Of a DNA stretch of 64,000 bases, positions 24,483 through 34,124 are shown one piece after another. The DNA is from Bacilli bacterium (lineage in GTDB: Bacteria; Bacillota_I; Bacilli_A; RF39; UBA660), in NCBI GenBank assembly GCA_045636225.1, contig JAZTXB010000047.1:4742-68741 (forward strand), in the 5' to 3' direction. Positions within the stretch are counted from its first letter, which is position 1. Each line of letters opens with the position of its first letter. The position numbers were made by a program, and so were the translations under genes. The notes below the pieces were generated by a model. It saw nothing but the letters and a program-made list of their open reading frames with translations, had not been told where the DNA came from and made no database searches.

Positions 24483-27077
24483 ATGCTAATAATGATATTA
24501 ATATTTATATTAATTACCATTATCAATTATATCCTTAGAAAAATTCAAAATAAAATAGACTCATTTTATAATAAATTAGAAACTTTAAAAAAAGATTATA
24601 TCCCCTATTCTAAGTTTTTAGAAATAAAAAATGAATTTAATAATTTATATAACTTTACTAAAATTATTAGTTTTTGTTATAAAAAATTCAAGAATGATTA
24701 TAAAAATTTAAAAAATAATATAGATAGATATAATGAAGAATATATAAAACGAGAATTAATTAATCAAAAAGAATATTTTGATAACTTATTTGAATATAAA
24801 ATAGATAATGATCAAAGAAAAGCTATTTTAACTGATGAAGATAATACTTTAATCGTAGCTGGTGCTGGTAGCGGGAAAACTACTACAATTATAGGTAAAA
24901 CAAAATTTCTTATTGAAAAGAAAAATATTAAACCAAATGAAATAATTACTATTTCATTTACTAATTCAGCAGTAAATAATTTTAAAAAGAAATTAAACAA
25001 TGATTTAGTAAACTGTACTACATTTCATAAATTAGGTTTAGATATATTAAATGAAAATGAAATAAAGAAAGATGTTGCTAGAGAAACTCTTTTACACTCT
25101 ATTATTTTAAAGTATTTAAAATCAGATATTTATAAAGAACCTGAAAAATTAAAATATTTTATTGAATTTTGTGCTTTATATATGCACATACCTACTAATC
25201 CTGATGACAAAAATTTAGGAGAAATTTATGAAATTGAAAATGGTTATGACCTAGAAACTATTAAATCTAAATATACTAATTATAAAACATTAAAAAATAA
25301 TGGTGATTTAACTACTTTAAATAACGAAACAGTTAGAAGTTATGAAGAGTTAGTAATAGCTAATTATCTATTTATTAATGGTATATCATATGAATATGAA
25401 GCAAAATATAAATATGATACTGCAAATCAAAATTATAGACAGTATCACCCTGATTTTTATTTAAATGATTATGATATTTATTTAGAACATTTTGGTATAA
25501 ATGAAAAAGGTGCTGCTCCTCAATATTCTGAATTTGAGGAACAAAGATATTTAGAGCAAATAAAAATAAAAAGACAAATTCATAAAATTCATAAAACTAA
25601 TTTAATAGAAACTTATTCTTACAATTTTAAGGATTACTCTATTTTTTCTAGAATTGACAATGAATTAAAAAAATATAATGTAAAATATAAGCAATTAGAT
25701 TATAACGAAATAGCACATATAATAACAGCATCAGAAAATGATGAATTAAAATCTTTTTATACCTTAATACAAAAATTTATAAAACTATTTAAAGGAAATA
25801 ATTATTCACTAGATAAAATGGATAAGTTTTTAGAAGATTCTAAAAAGAACAATAGAAATTACTTAATATTAAATTTAATTAAAGATATTTATATTAAGTA
25901 TCAAAACAAATTAAAAGAAGAAAATCAAATTGATTTTGATGATATGATTAATTTAGCTACTGAAAAAGTAAAAAATGGTTTATACAATAAAAAAATTTCT
26001 TATATTATTATTGATGAATTTCAAGATATTTCTTATTCTAGATATAATTTAGTAAAAGCTTTACAAGAAGTTAATAATTCAAAAATAATTGCAGTTGGTG
26101 ATGATTGGCAAAGTATATATAGATTTTCTGGTTGTGATTTAGATTTATTTGTTAATTTTCCAAAATATTTTGAACATCCAAAAATTGTAAATATAAATAA
26201 AACATACAGAAATAGTCAAGAATTAATTAATATATCAAGCGCTTTTGTTATGAAGAATAAAAAAGAACAATTAGAAAAAAGTATAGTATCTAATATTTCA
26301 TTAGCTGAACCTATAGAGTATTATTATTATAAAAAAGATGTTTTAGTAGCAACTAAGAAAGCTATAAATGAACTTAAAAAATTAGGGTGCAAAAAAATTG
26401 CTATTCTAGGAAGAAATAACTCTGATTTAAAAAAATATATTAATGTAAAAACATTTGATAAAGAATATGATTTGTCTGAAATATTTAATTTTCCTGTAGT
26501 TTTCACAACTATACATAAAGCAAAAGGTCTTGAATATGATGGCGTTATAATATGTAATATGAATAATTTTATTGCAGGTTTTCCAAATAAAATGTCTGAT
26601 GATCCTATCTTAAATTATGTAACACTTTCTAAAGAAGATTTTATATTTGCGGAAGAAAGACGTTTATTTTATGTGGCTCTTACTAGAACAAAAAGTAAAT
26701 GTATTTTACTTATACCTATTTTAAGTCCTTCAATTTTTGTAGATGAATTATATAAAATAAATAAAGATTATGTAAAAAAACAAATTATTGAAGATGATGA
26801 GAGATTGCATAATCCAAATTGTCCTATTTGCCGTACAGGAATACTATTAATTAAAAAGAATACAAAAGATAATTCTACGTTTATTTCATGTAGTAATTTT
26901 CCAAAATGTAAATTTAAACATAACTCAACAGATATAATTCATAATCCTATAATTTGTCCTAGATGTAATGGTTATTTAACTAAAAAGAATAGCAAGTACG
27001 GACCTTTTTATGGATGTATAAATTACCCTCTTTGTAATCAAACTGCAAAAATTAATGATACCAAAAAAGACAATTAA
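24483..27077 (+). CDS. UvrD/Rep-superfamily (helicase IV-like) helicase with hydrophobic N-terminus, embedded nuclease-like motif and two C-terminal topoisomerase-type zinc ribbons
   Basis: - SF1 motifs present: VAGAGSGKTTTI, IIIDEFQDISYSR, GDDWQSIYRFSG, TYRNSQ, TIHKAKGLEYD and ERRLFYVALTRTK.
- Nuclease-like motif: YHPDFYLNDYDIYLEHFG.
- Zinc ribbons: CPICRTG...CSNFPKC and CPRCNG...CINYPLC.
- The N-terminal sequence MLIMILIFILITIINYIL is TM-like. Confidence 0.8.
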   Translation: MLIMILIFILITIINYILRKIQNKIDSFYNKLETLKKDYIPYSKFLEIKNEFNNLYNFTKIISFCYKKFKNDYKNLKNNIDRYNEEYIKRELINQKEYFDNLFEYKIDNDQRKAILTDEDNTLIVAGAGSGKTTTIIGKTKFLIEKKNIKPNEIITISFTNSAVNNFKKKLNNDLVNCTTFHKLGLDILNENEIKKDVARETLLHSIILKYLKSDIYKEPEKLKYFIEFCALYMHIPTNPDDKNLGEIYEIENGYDLETIKSKYTNYKTLKNNGDLTTLNNETVRSYEELVIANYLFINGISYEYEAKYKYDTANQNYRQYHPDFYLNDYDIYLEHFGINEKGAAPQYSEFEEQRYLEQIKIKRQIHKIHKTNLIETYSYNFKDYSIFSRIDNELKKYNVKYKQLDYNEIAHIITASENDELKSFYTLIQKFIKLFKGNNYSLDKMDKFLEDSKKNNRNYLILNLIKDIYIKYQNKLKEENQIDFDDMINLATEKVKNGLYNKKISYIIIDEFQDISYSRYNLVKALQEVNNSKIIAVGDDWQSIYRFSGCDLDLFVNFPKYFEHPKIVNINKTYRNSQELINISSAFVMKNKKEQLEKSIVSNISLAEPIEYYYYKKDVLVATKKAINELKKLGCKKIAILGRNNSDLKKYINVKTFDKEYDLSEIFNFPVVFTTIHKAKGLEYDGVIICNMNNFIAGFPNKMSDDPILNYVTLSKEDFIFAEERRLFYVALTRTKSKCILLIPILSPSIFVDELYKINKDYVKKQIIEDDERLHNPNCPICRTGILLIKKNTKDNSTFISCSNFPKCKFKHNSTDIIHNPIICPRCNGYLTKKNSKYGPFYGCINYPLCNQTAKINDTKKDN

Positions 27078-27090
27078 ATTGTCTTTTTTT
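27067..27090. terminator. bidirectional terminator between helicase gene and recG
   Basis: The palindrome AAGACAATT-A-AATTGTCTT is flanked by an A-run on the left and a T-run on the right. It overlaps both convergent stop codons. Confidence 0.7.
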
Positions 27091-29068
27091 AGTCTAAATT
27101 TATAGATTCATTTAATAATTTAGTTAAATGCGGATAACTATCAATACCACTATCAAGTAAATATTCTGTATCTTCTTTAGCTCTCATAAGTATATTAAAA
27201 TCTGTCTTAAAATCAGCCAATCTAAAATTAATATCTCCACTTTGTCTTACTCCAAATAAATCTCCACTACCTCTTAATTTAAAATCTTCTTCACTTATTT
27301 TAAATCCATCTGTAGTTTTTGTCATTATATCTAGTCTTTCTGCTTCTCTATCACTTATAAGAACGCAGTAACTTTGAACTTCATTTCTACCTACTCTACC
27401 TCTTAATTGATGAAGCTGAGAAAGTCCAAATCTATATGAATCAAATATAACCATCATAGTAGCATTTTTAACATCAACACCTACTTCTATAACAGTAGTA
27501 CTTATAAGTATAGTTATATCTCCATTATTAAAATCTTCCATGACTTTATCTTTTTCTTGTTTTTCCATCTTTCCATGCATTACACCAATTTTGCACACTT
27601 TACCAAATGCAGTTTGCATTTTTTCTTTTAACTTATCCACATTTTCTAAATCTATTTTATCTGATTCTTCTATTAAAGGTGCGATTACATATATTTGATG
27701 TTTTTCTTTTATTTGTTCATACATTAATTCTAATACTTCTTTAATATCATTACTCTTTTTTAAATAAGTTATTATTTCTTTTCTACCACTAGGCATTGTT
27801 TTTATACTAGATACATCCATATCTCCATAAATAGTAAGTGCATAAGTTCTTGGAATTGGAGTTGCACTTAAATAAAGTATGTCCGGTGTAATACCCTTAT
27901 TTTTTAAATTAGCTCTTTGATTAACACCAAAACGATGTTGTTCATCTGTTATAACAAGACCTAAATTATTATAAGTTACATCACTGCTAAATAAAGCATG
28001 AGTTCCTATTATTATATCTATTTTCTTTTCTTGTAATTTCTTATATATTTCTTTTTTATCTTTTACTTTTAAATTACCCGTAAGTATTTCTATATTTATA
28101 TTTACATCCTTAAATATCCTTTTTAGGTTAGAAAGGTGCTGATAAGCAAGTACTTCAGTAGGTGCCATTAAGGCTCCTTGATAACCACTTAAATAATTAA
28201 TATATAAAGCTATAATTGCTACTATAGTTTTACCACTTCCAACATCTCCTTGAACTAATCTATTCATTCTATTTTGACTAGTTAAATCTTCATATATTTT
28301 ATCCACACACTTTATTTGATCTTCTGTAAGTTTAAAAGGTAAATTACCTATAAATTCATCTATTAATTTTCTATCCACACATCTAGTTAGTCCTATCTTA
28401 TTTTTTTTATTTCTTTTTAAACTATTCATCTTTAACATAAATAAAAATAATTCTTCATATTTTAAATAAGCCATTCCTTGTTTTAAAGTTAAATCACTTT
28501 TTGGACTATGCACATACATTACTGCATCTTTTTTATCTATTAGTTTATATTTTTCTTTTAGATTATATGGTACATACTCTACTACTTCAAAGTTATCCAC
28601 ACTATTTATATAACTTCTTATTTGGTTACTAGTAATACTACTTATAGAATGATATATAGGTTCTATTACAGGTACACTTGGAAGCGAACCAAATCTAATA
28701 TCACTCGCAACTATTGTATTTTTTATTTTATCATATTTTCCTATTACAGTAAGTTTTACTCCTACATTTATTTTATTTTTTAAAAAGCCTCTATTAAATA
28801 TAGTTACATTAAGTAAATGAGTACCCATATTAAATTTAAATGTCATTTTATTCATCTTTTTATTAAAGAAAAATAAACTAGGATTACTTTCTACTATTCC
28901 ATCAATTATTATTTTATCATCTTGTACAAGTTCATTTATATTACTTCTTTTTATTACATCATATCTAAAAGGATAATAACTCATTAAATCGTTTATAGTT
29001 ATTATCCCTGCATTATTAAATATTTTACCAGTTTTAGGTCCTATTCCTTTTAAAGAATCTATATTCAT
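27089..29068 (-). CDS. recG: ATP-dependent DNA helicase RecG
   Basis: 659 aa with a wedge-domain N-terminus. Motifs present: GDVGSGKT, DEQHRFG, SATPIPRT and QLHQLRGRVGR. Confidence 0.9.
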   Translation of the reverse strand: MNIDSLKGIGPKTGKIFNNAGIITINDLMSYYPFRYDVIKRSNINELVQDDKIIIDGIVESNPSLFFFNKKMNKMTFKFNMGTHLLNVTIFNRGFLKNKINVGVKLTVIGKYDKIKNTIVASDIRFGSLPSVPVIEPIYHSISSITSNQIRSYINSVDNFEVVEYVPYNLKEKYKLIDKKDAVMYVHSPKSDLTLKQGMAYLKYEELFLFMLKMNSLKRNKKNKIGLTRCVDRKLIDEFIGNLPFKLTEDQIKCVDKIYEDLTSQNRMNRLVQGDVGSGKTIVAIIALYINYLSGYQGALMAPTEVLAYQHLSNLKRIFKDVNINIEILTGNLKVKDKKEIYKKLQEKKIDIIIGTHALFSSDVTYNNLGLVITDEQHRFGVNQRANLKNKGITPDILYLSATPIPRTYALTIYGDMDVSSIKTMPSGRKEIITYLKKSNDIKEVLELMYEQIKEKHQIYVIAPLIEESDKIDLENVDKLKEKMQTAFGKVCKIGVMHGKMEKQEKDKVMEDFNNGDITILISTTVIEVGVDVKNATMMVIFDSYRFGLSQLHQLRGRVGRNEVQSYCVLISDREAERLDIMTKTTDGFKISEEDFKLRGSGDLFGVRQSGDINFRLADFKTDFNILMRAKEDTEYLLDSGIDSYPHLTKLLNESINLD

Positions 29069-29075
29069 AAATCTC

Positions 29076-29603
29076 CTATATTATATTAGATAAAATTCCA
29101 AACGATAATAACATCATTATTACTGATGCGATAAATACTCCAAGAACGGCAGCTAAGAAAGATTTTTTCTTATCCATTTCAAGTACACTAGCAATTAAAC
29201 ATCCTGTCCAAGCACCAGTACCTGGAAGTGGAATACCTACAAAAAGAACAAGTCCCCAGTAACCATATTTTTCTATTTGACCTTTATGTTTTTCAACTTT
29301 ATTATCTAACCATTTAGCAATTCCGTTTATTTTTTTACTTTTACTATTTCTCATAAAATTTAATATTTTATTTATAAGCCATAGTATTAAAGGTATTGGT
29401 ATTATATTTCCTATAGTACAAATTAAATAACTTACCCAAGGATTCATTCCTAAAAGAGAAGCAGCTATTAATCCACCTCTTAATTCTAATATTGGGCACA
29501 TTGATATTATAAATACTATTATCTCTTTAATAAATGGCATAGTTGCTAAAGAGCCAAACATTCCTACTATAAAATTTACTATTTTTTCTGACATTTTTAT
29601 CAC
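29076..29603 (-). CDS. small multi-TM membrane protein (COG2426 / small multidrug-export-like)
   Basis: 175 aa with 4-5 hydrophobic helices. It carries the PILELRGG motif I associate with this family. Confidence 0.55.
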   Translation of the reverse strand: MIKMSEKIVNFIVGMFGSLATMPFIKEIIVFIISMCPILELRGGLIAASLLGMNPWVSYLICTIGNIIPIPLILWLINKILNFMRNSKSKKINGIAKWLDNKVEKHKGQIEKYGYWGLVLFVGIPLPGTGAWTGCLIASVLEMDKKKSFLAAVLGVFIASVIMMLLSFGILSNII

Positions 29604-29738
29604 CTATATAAGTATATCATTTATTAATAATTATGTAAATTAAGTATATAAAAATTGTATAAAACCTTTAATAAAAAGGGTACAAAATACACTAAGTATG
29701 ATAAATTTAAACTTTTTTTAAAAAAGTAAAAAAAAGTA

Positions 29739-29767
29739 TTGACAAAAGCACTTTTTTGGATTAGTAT
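29739..29767 (+). promoter_or_regulatory. sigma-A-type promoter for orphan plus-strand transcript
   Basis: TTGACA (29739-29744), a 17 nt spacer, then TAGTAT (29762-29767). Confidence 0.5.
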
Positions 29768-29773
29768 ATTAAG

Positions 29774-29868
29774 TACCAATTCGGAATTAGGCGAATTGGT
29801 GCTAGTATCACACTAGCCAACCCCTTTTTATTCTTTTATAGAAACTGCTCAGGGGGCAGTTTCTTTTT
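29774..29868 (+). ncRNA. candidate approx 95 nt small RNA between two minus-strand genes
   Basis: - A 12 bp stem pairs AGTACCAATTCG with CGAATTGGTGCT around an 8 nt loop (29772-29803).
- A small hairpin, CTAGT-ATCAC-ACTAG, follows.
- A strong plus-strand terminator closes it: GAAACTGC-loop-GCAGTTTC + TTTTT (29841-29868).
- There is no ORF, and no plus-strand gene lies downstream. Confidence 0.4.
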
Positions 29869-29888
29869 GTTATATAAAATAAAAGAGT

Positions 29889-31007
29889 TTAATTTATAAA
29901 CTCTATTAATATATCATTAGAAACATATATATATTTAGGATTTATATATATGTTTTTTTCATTTTCTATTAACTTATTTTGTTTTAATAAATTACTTACT
30001 ACATCTATACTTTTTATGTCAATATTATATTTATTATAAAACTCTTTTTTATTTATACCATTAATTTTTCTAAGTCCTAATATAAATTCTTTTTGTATAG
30101 TTTCTTGTAAATCTAATCTATGTTCATTAAGTCGATAATTCCCATTAAAATACTCATTAATACTTCTAGTATTATCATATCTAACATCGTTTATATAACC
30201 AGAAGCACCTACTCCAAATCCATAATATTCATTGTTATTCCAGTATGTTAAATTATGTTTAGATTCATAACCTTCTTTTGCAAAATTACTTACTTCATAA
30301 TGTTTATAGTTATGATTTTCTAATGTATTTATTATAGTATTATACATTTCATAATCTAACTCTTCATTTATATTTTTTTCTTTATTTATATAAAGCATAG
30401 TATGTGGTTCTATTATAAGTGAATATGTTGATATATGAGTTATATCAAGTTCTAAAAAGCTATTTAAATCATCTTTTAACTCTTCTATAGTTTGTTCTTT
30501 TAAAGCATATATTAAATCTATATTTATATTATTAAAACCAATTTCTTTAGCAAGTTTTATTTTATTTTTAATAATATCTTTATTATGATTTCTATTTAAA
30601 AACTTTAAATATTTATCATTAAATGTTTGAATACCAATACTAAGTCTATTTACACCATTATCATATAATAATTTTAATTTTTCTTCTGTAATATTTTCTA
30701 TATTACATTCAAAAGTAAATTCTATATTTTGAGATTTATTAAATACTTTTATAATATTAAAAAGTCTATCTAATTGTTTTATGTCTAAAGCGCTTGGAGT
30801 TCCTCCGCCTATGTATAAAGTACTTATACCTTCTCCATTATAGTTTTGATTTATTTCATTACTAAGCGAATCTAAATATTTATAAACCCAATTATCATTT
30901 TTTAAAAATTTACAAAAATCACAATAACTACAAATTGAGTCACAAAACGGTATATGTATATATACCGATTTATCTTCTTTTATTACCTGTAAATTTTCCA
31001 TTTTCAT
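29889..31007 (-). CDS. hemW: radical SAM heme chaperone HemW (HemN-like, oxygen-independent coproporphyrinogen oxidase family)
   Basis: The CDSICSYC radical-SAM cluster motif follows HIPF. The protein is approximately 370 aa and lies near lepA, as in Bacillus. Confidence 0.85.
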   Translation of the reverse strand: MKMENLQVIKEDKSVYIHIPFCDSICSYCDFCKFLKNDNWVYKYLDSLSNEINQNYNGEGISTLYIGGGTPSALDIKQLDRLFNIIKVFNKSQNIEFTFECNIENITEEKLKLLYDNGVNRLSIGIQTFNDKYLKFLNRNHNKDIIKNKIKLAKEIGFNNINIDLIYALKEQTIEELKDDLNSFLELDITHISTYSLIIEPHTMLYINKEKNINEELDYEMYNTIINTLENHNYKHYEVSNFAKEGYESKHNLTYWNNNEYYGFGVGASGYINDVRYDNTRSINEYFNGNYRLNEHRLDLQETIQKEFILGLRKINGINKKEFYNKYNIDIKSIDVVSNLLKQNKLIENEKNIYINPKYIYVSNDILIEFIN

Positions 31008-31320
31008 CCCTTATAGGTATATTATTCATAGTAGAATTAATTCCACCTATTCCTAATCCATTAGCTTTGTTAAGTTTTAATCTTTCACTTATTTGTTTTA
31101 ATTTTTCCCTAGCTTCATCAGAATAAATTAAACTAATATATCCTACGTCATTTAAATCTCTTGGAATTGTTGAAGTAGGAATTTGCATTATCTTTGATAG
31201 TTCATTAATAGATATTTGATCATATGATAGAAAAGTATCTACTATTAATTTTATTCTTTCAACCTTTTCTATACGCTGCGCTTCACTCATCATACTACTT
31301 AATCTTCTTTTCTTCATCAT
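30970..31320 (-). CDS. small HTH protein, possibly SpoIIID-like
   Basis: INELSKIMQIPTSTIPRDLNDV resembles the SpoIIID HTH (IAKEFGVSKSTVHKDLTE), with a basic C-terminal tail. The start is uncertain: an alternative ATG at 31293 would remove the overlap with the upstream gene. Confidence 0.35.
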   Translation of the reverse strand: MMKKRRLSSMMSEAQRIEKVERIKLIVDTFLSYDQISINELSKIMQIPTSTIPRDLNDVGYISLIYSDEAREKLKQISERLKLNKANGLGIGGINSTMNNIPIRDENGKFTGNKRR

Positions 31321-32281
31321 TATGTAATAAAATATTAACGAATTCTTTTATTTCATTACTAAATTGTGGTAATTTTATTATTTCTAACAATAATTTATCA
31401 AAAAGATATTCTGGTAATTTATAGAAACTTAAAATTTGTGACTTCTCTATACCAAATTGATATAACTTTGATACAATATCATTTAACATTATTTTTTTAT
31501 TAGTTAAATCATTACTTAACAATAACATTTCTATTTGTAAATATCTTTTTAAATTATCATAATGTTCTTTTTTTAGTAATTGTTCTATTTTTTTGTCTGA
31601 TAATAAAGTAAAAGCAGCAATTGTACTAACTTCATTTTTTTGTGAAGTAAATTCTAAATTAGCCCCACTACATAAATAATCACTAGCATAACATAATTTT
31701 TTATAATCTGATTGTTCTAAACAAGTTAAATTCTTTTCAGCAACTTTTATTTGATATCTATCCTCAATTATAAACATATTTCTAGGAACATTTAATCTTT
31801 CTCTTGTGTTTTTAGCTATCTTTTCTTCAATTTTTCTTTTAACACCTATACCAAAATTTTCTTCTATATAATTAGTTTCATCAAATAATCTTTTAAATTT
31901 ATTAAGTTGACATAAATTATTTGAACAAATATCTTGTATCCTATAACGTGTATTTAAAATATCATCTATTATTTTAGTTACTAAAGCAAGGTCTTCTTTT
32001 TCTTCTCTTTTTTTATCTAATTCAAAAATATAATCAATTTTACTTTTTAACAATTCATACTCTTCTTCTGTTAAAAACTCTAACATATAATCCTTTTCTG
32101 ATATATATTTTTTTATAGTATTAATCCCTATTGGAACTAATGATTGAATTTCATAAAGATTGGTTTTATTATCTACTAACACAAATTTAAGTAAATTAAT
32201 TACTTTTTTTGCTTTTACTTTTTGTATTTTACTATTATATAAATCCATTATTTTATTTTCTAAATTCATATTATTCCTCAT
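31295..32281 (-). CDS. hypothetical protein (328 aa), helical, possible N-terminal HTH
   Basis: Its start overlaps the lepA stop by 11 nt. No family recognised. Confidence 0.5.
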   Translation of the reverse strand: MRNNMNLENKIMDLYNSKIQKVKAKKVINLLKFVLVDNKTNLYEIQSLVPIGINTIKKYISEKDYMLEFLTEEEYELLKSKIDYIFELDKKREEKEDLALVTKIIDDILNTRYRIQDICSNNLCQLNKFKRLFDETNYIEENFGIGVKRKIEEKIAKNTRERLNVPRNMFIIEDRYQIKVAEKNLTCLEQSDYKKLCYASDYLCSGANLEFTSQKNEVSTIAAFTLLSDKKIEQLLKKEHYDNLKRYLQIEMLLLSNDLTNKKIMLNDIVSKLYQFGIEKSQILSFYKLPEYLFDKLLLEIIKLPQFSNEIKEFVNILLHNDEEKKIK

Positions 32282-34079
32282 CCATAGAAAGTACTGATAA
32301 AAACGCCTCTTGAGGTACTTCTACACTACCAACCATTTTCATTCTTTTTTTACCTTCTTTTTGTTTTTCTAATAATTTTCTTTTTCTTGATACGTCCCCA
32401 CCATAACATTTAGCAAGTACGTTTTTTCTAACAGCTTTAATATCACTTCTTGCAATTGCTTTTGTCCCTATTACTGCTTGAACTGGTATTTCAAATTGTT
32501 GACGTGGTATTAATCTTCTTAAATTTTCTACTATTGCTTTACCCCTATTATAGGCAAAATCTTTATGAACTATTAAACTTAAAGCATCAACTATATCGCC
32601 ATTTAATAATATATCCATTTTAACTAAATTACTTTCTTTATAACCAATTATTTCATAATCAAAAGATGCATACCCTTTAGTATAACTTTTTAATTTATCA
32701 AAAAAATCATATACTATTTCTGACAAAGGTATTTCATAATGAATATTTACACGAGTAGTATCTATGTACTCCATAGAAACATAATTACCTCTTTTATTTT
32801 GACACAGTTCCATAATAGGTCCAATATATTCACTTGGGACAAATATATTTGTTCTAATATAAGGTTCTGATATACTCTTTATTTTTTGTCTATCAGGCAT
32901 TTTAGCAGGACTATCTATATTTACAATGGTTCTATCAGTAAGTTCTACTTCATAAATAACCGATGGACTAGTTGCGATTAATTCAATACCAAATTCTCTT
33001 TCAATACGTTCTTCTATTATTTCCATATGAAGAAGTCCTAAAAATCCACATCTAAAACCAAAACCTAATGCTTGAGATGTTTCTGGTTCAAATTCAAGCG
33101 ACGCATCATTTAATTTTAATTTTTCTAAAGCTTCTCTTAAATCTGGAAATTTATTTGATTCAATTGGATAAATACCACAAAATACCATAGGTTTCATAGG
33201 TTTATATCCTGGAAGAGGTTCTTTACTAGGGGAATCTGCATTAGTAATTGTATCCCCTACTTTTACATCTTCTATTTTCTTTATACTAGCACATAAATAA
33301 CCTACTTCACCGGTAGTAAGAATATTTTTCTTTTTAACATGTGGTGTGTTTACACCTACTTCAACTACATCATAAATATTGTTAGTAGCAAACATTTTAA
33401 TTTTATCTCCTACTTTTACACTACCATTTACAACTCTAATTAAAGTAACTATTCCCCTGTAAGAATCAAAATAACTATCAAATATTAAAGCTTGTAAATT
33501 ATCGTCTTTTTTCCCTTTAGGAGAAGGAATTCTATCTATTACAGCTTCAACTAATTCTTTTATTCCTATCCCATTTTTCGCACTACATAAAATAATTTCA
33601 TCTTCACTAAACCCTAAATTATCTTTTAATTCTTGTTTTACTTTTTCTATATTAGCATTAGGAAGATCTATTTTATTAATAACAGGAATAATTGTTAAAT
33701 CATTTTCCATAGCAAGATAAAGATTAGCAAGTGTCTGAGCCTCTATACCTTGAGCAGCATCTACAACTAAAATTGCACCTTCACACGCAGCTAAACTTCT
33801 TGAAACTTCATATGTAAAGTCTACATGCCCAGGGGTATCTATTAAATGTAATAAATAATCTTCGCCTTTATAATTATAATTTAACTGAACTGTATTTAAT
33901 TTTATTGTAATACCACGTTCTCTCTCAATATCCATACTATCAAGTAGTTGTGCTTGTTTTTCTCTTTCTGTAATTGCTCCTGTTACATCAAGTATTCTAT
34001 CGGCTAAAGTACTTTTACCATGATCTATGTGAGCAATTATAGAAAAATTTCTAATATTTTCCTGTTTCATTTCATTCAC
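32271..34079 (-). CDS. lepA: translation elongation factor 4 (LepA)
   Basis: [28 protein letters not shown] and NKIDL GTPase motifs, plus the characteristic LepA C-terminal domain ([16 protein letters not shown]). Confidence 0.95.
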   Translation of the reverse strand: MNEMKQENIRNFSIIAHIDHGKSTLADRILDVTGAITEREKQAQLLDSMDIERERGITIKLNTVQLNYNYKGEDYLLHLIDTPGHVDFTYEVSRSLAACEGAILVVDAAQGIEAQTLANLYLAMENDLTIIPVINKIDLPNANIEKVKQELKDNLGFSEDEIILCSAKNGIGIKELVEAVIDRIPSPKGKKDDNLQALIFDSYFDSYRGIVTLIRVVNGSVKVGDKIKMFATNNIYDVVEVGVNTPHVKKKNILTTGEVGYLCASIKKIEDVKVGDTITNADSPSKEPLPGYKPMKPMVFCGIYPIESNKFPDLREALEKLKLNDASLEFEPETSQALGFGFRCGFLGLLHMEIIEERIEREFGIELIATSPSVIYEVELTDRTIVNIDSPAKMPDRQKIKSISEPYIRTNIFVPSEYIGPIMELCQNKRGNYVSMEYIDTTRVNIHYEIPLSEIVYDFFDKLKSYTKGYASFDYEIIGYKESNLVKMDILLNGDIVDALSLIVHKDFAYNRGKAIVENLRRLIPRQQFEIPVQAVIGTKAIARSDIKAVRKNVLAKCYGGDVSRKRKLLEKQKEGKKRMKMVGSVEVPQEAFLSVLSMDEE

Positions 34080-34124
34080 CTATTCATTATTATATCAAAA
34101 AAACATATTATTTTAAATATGTTT

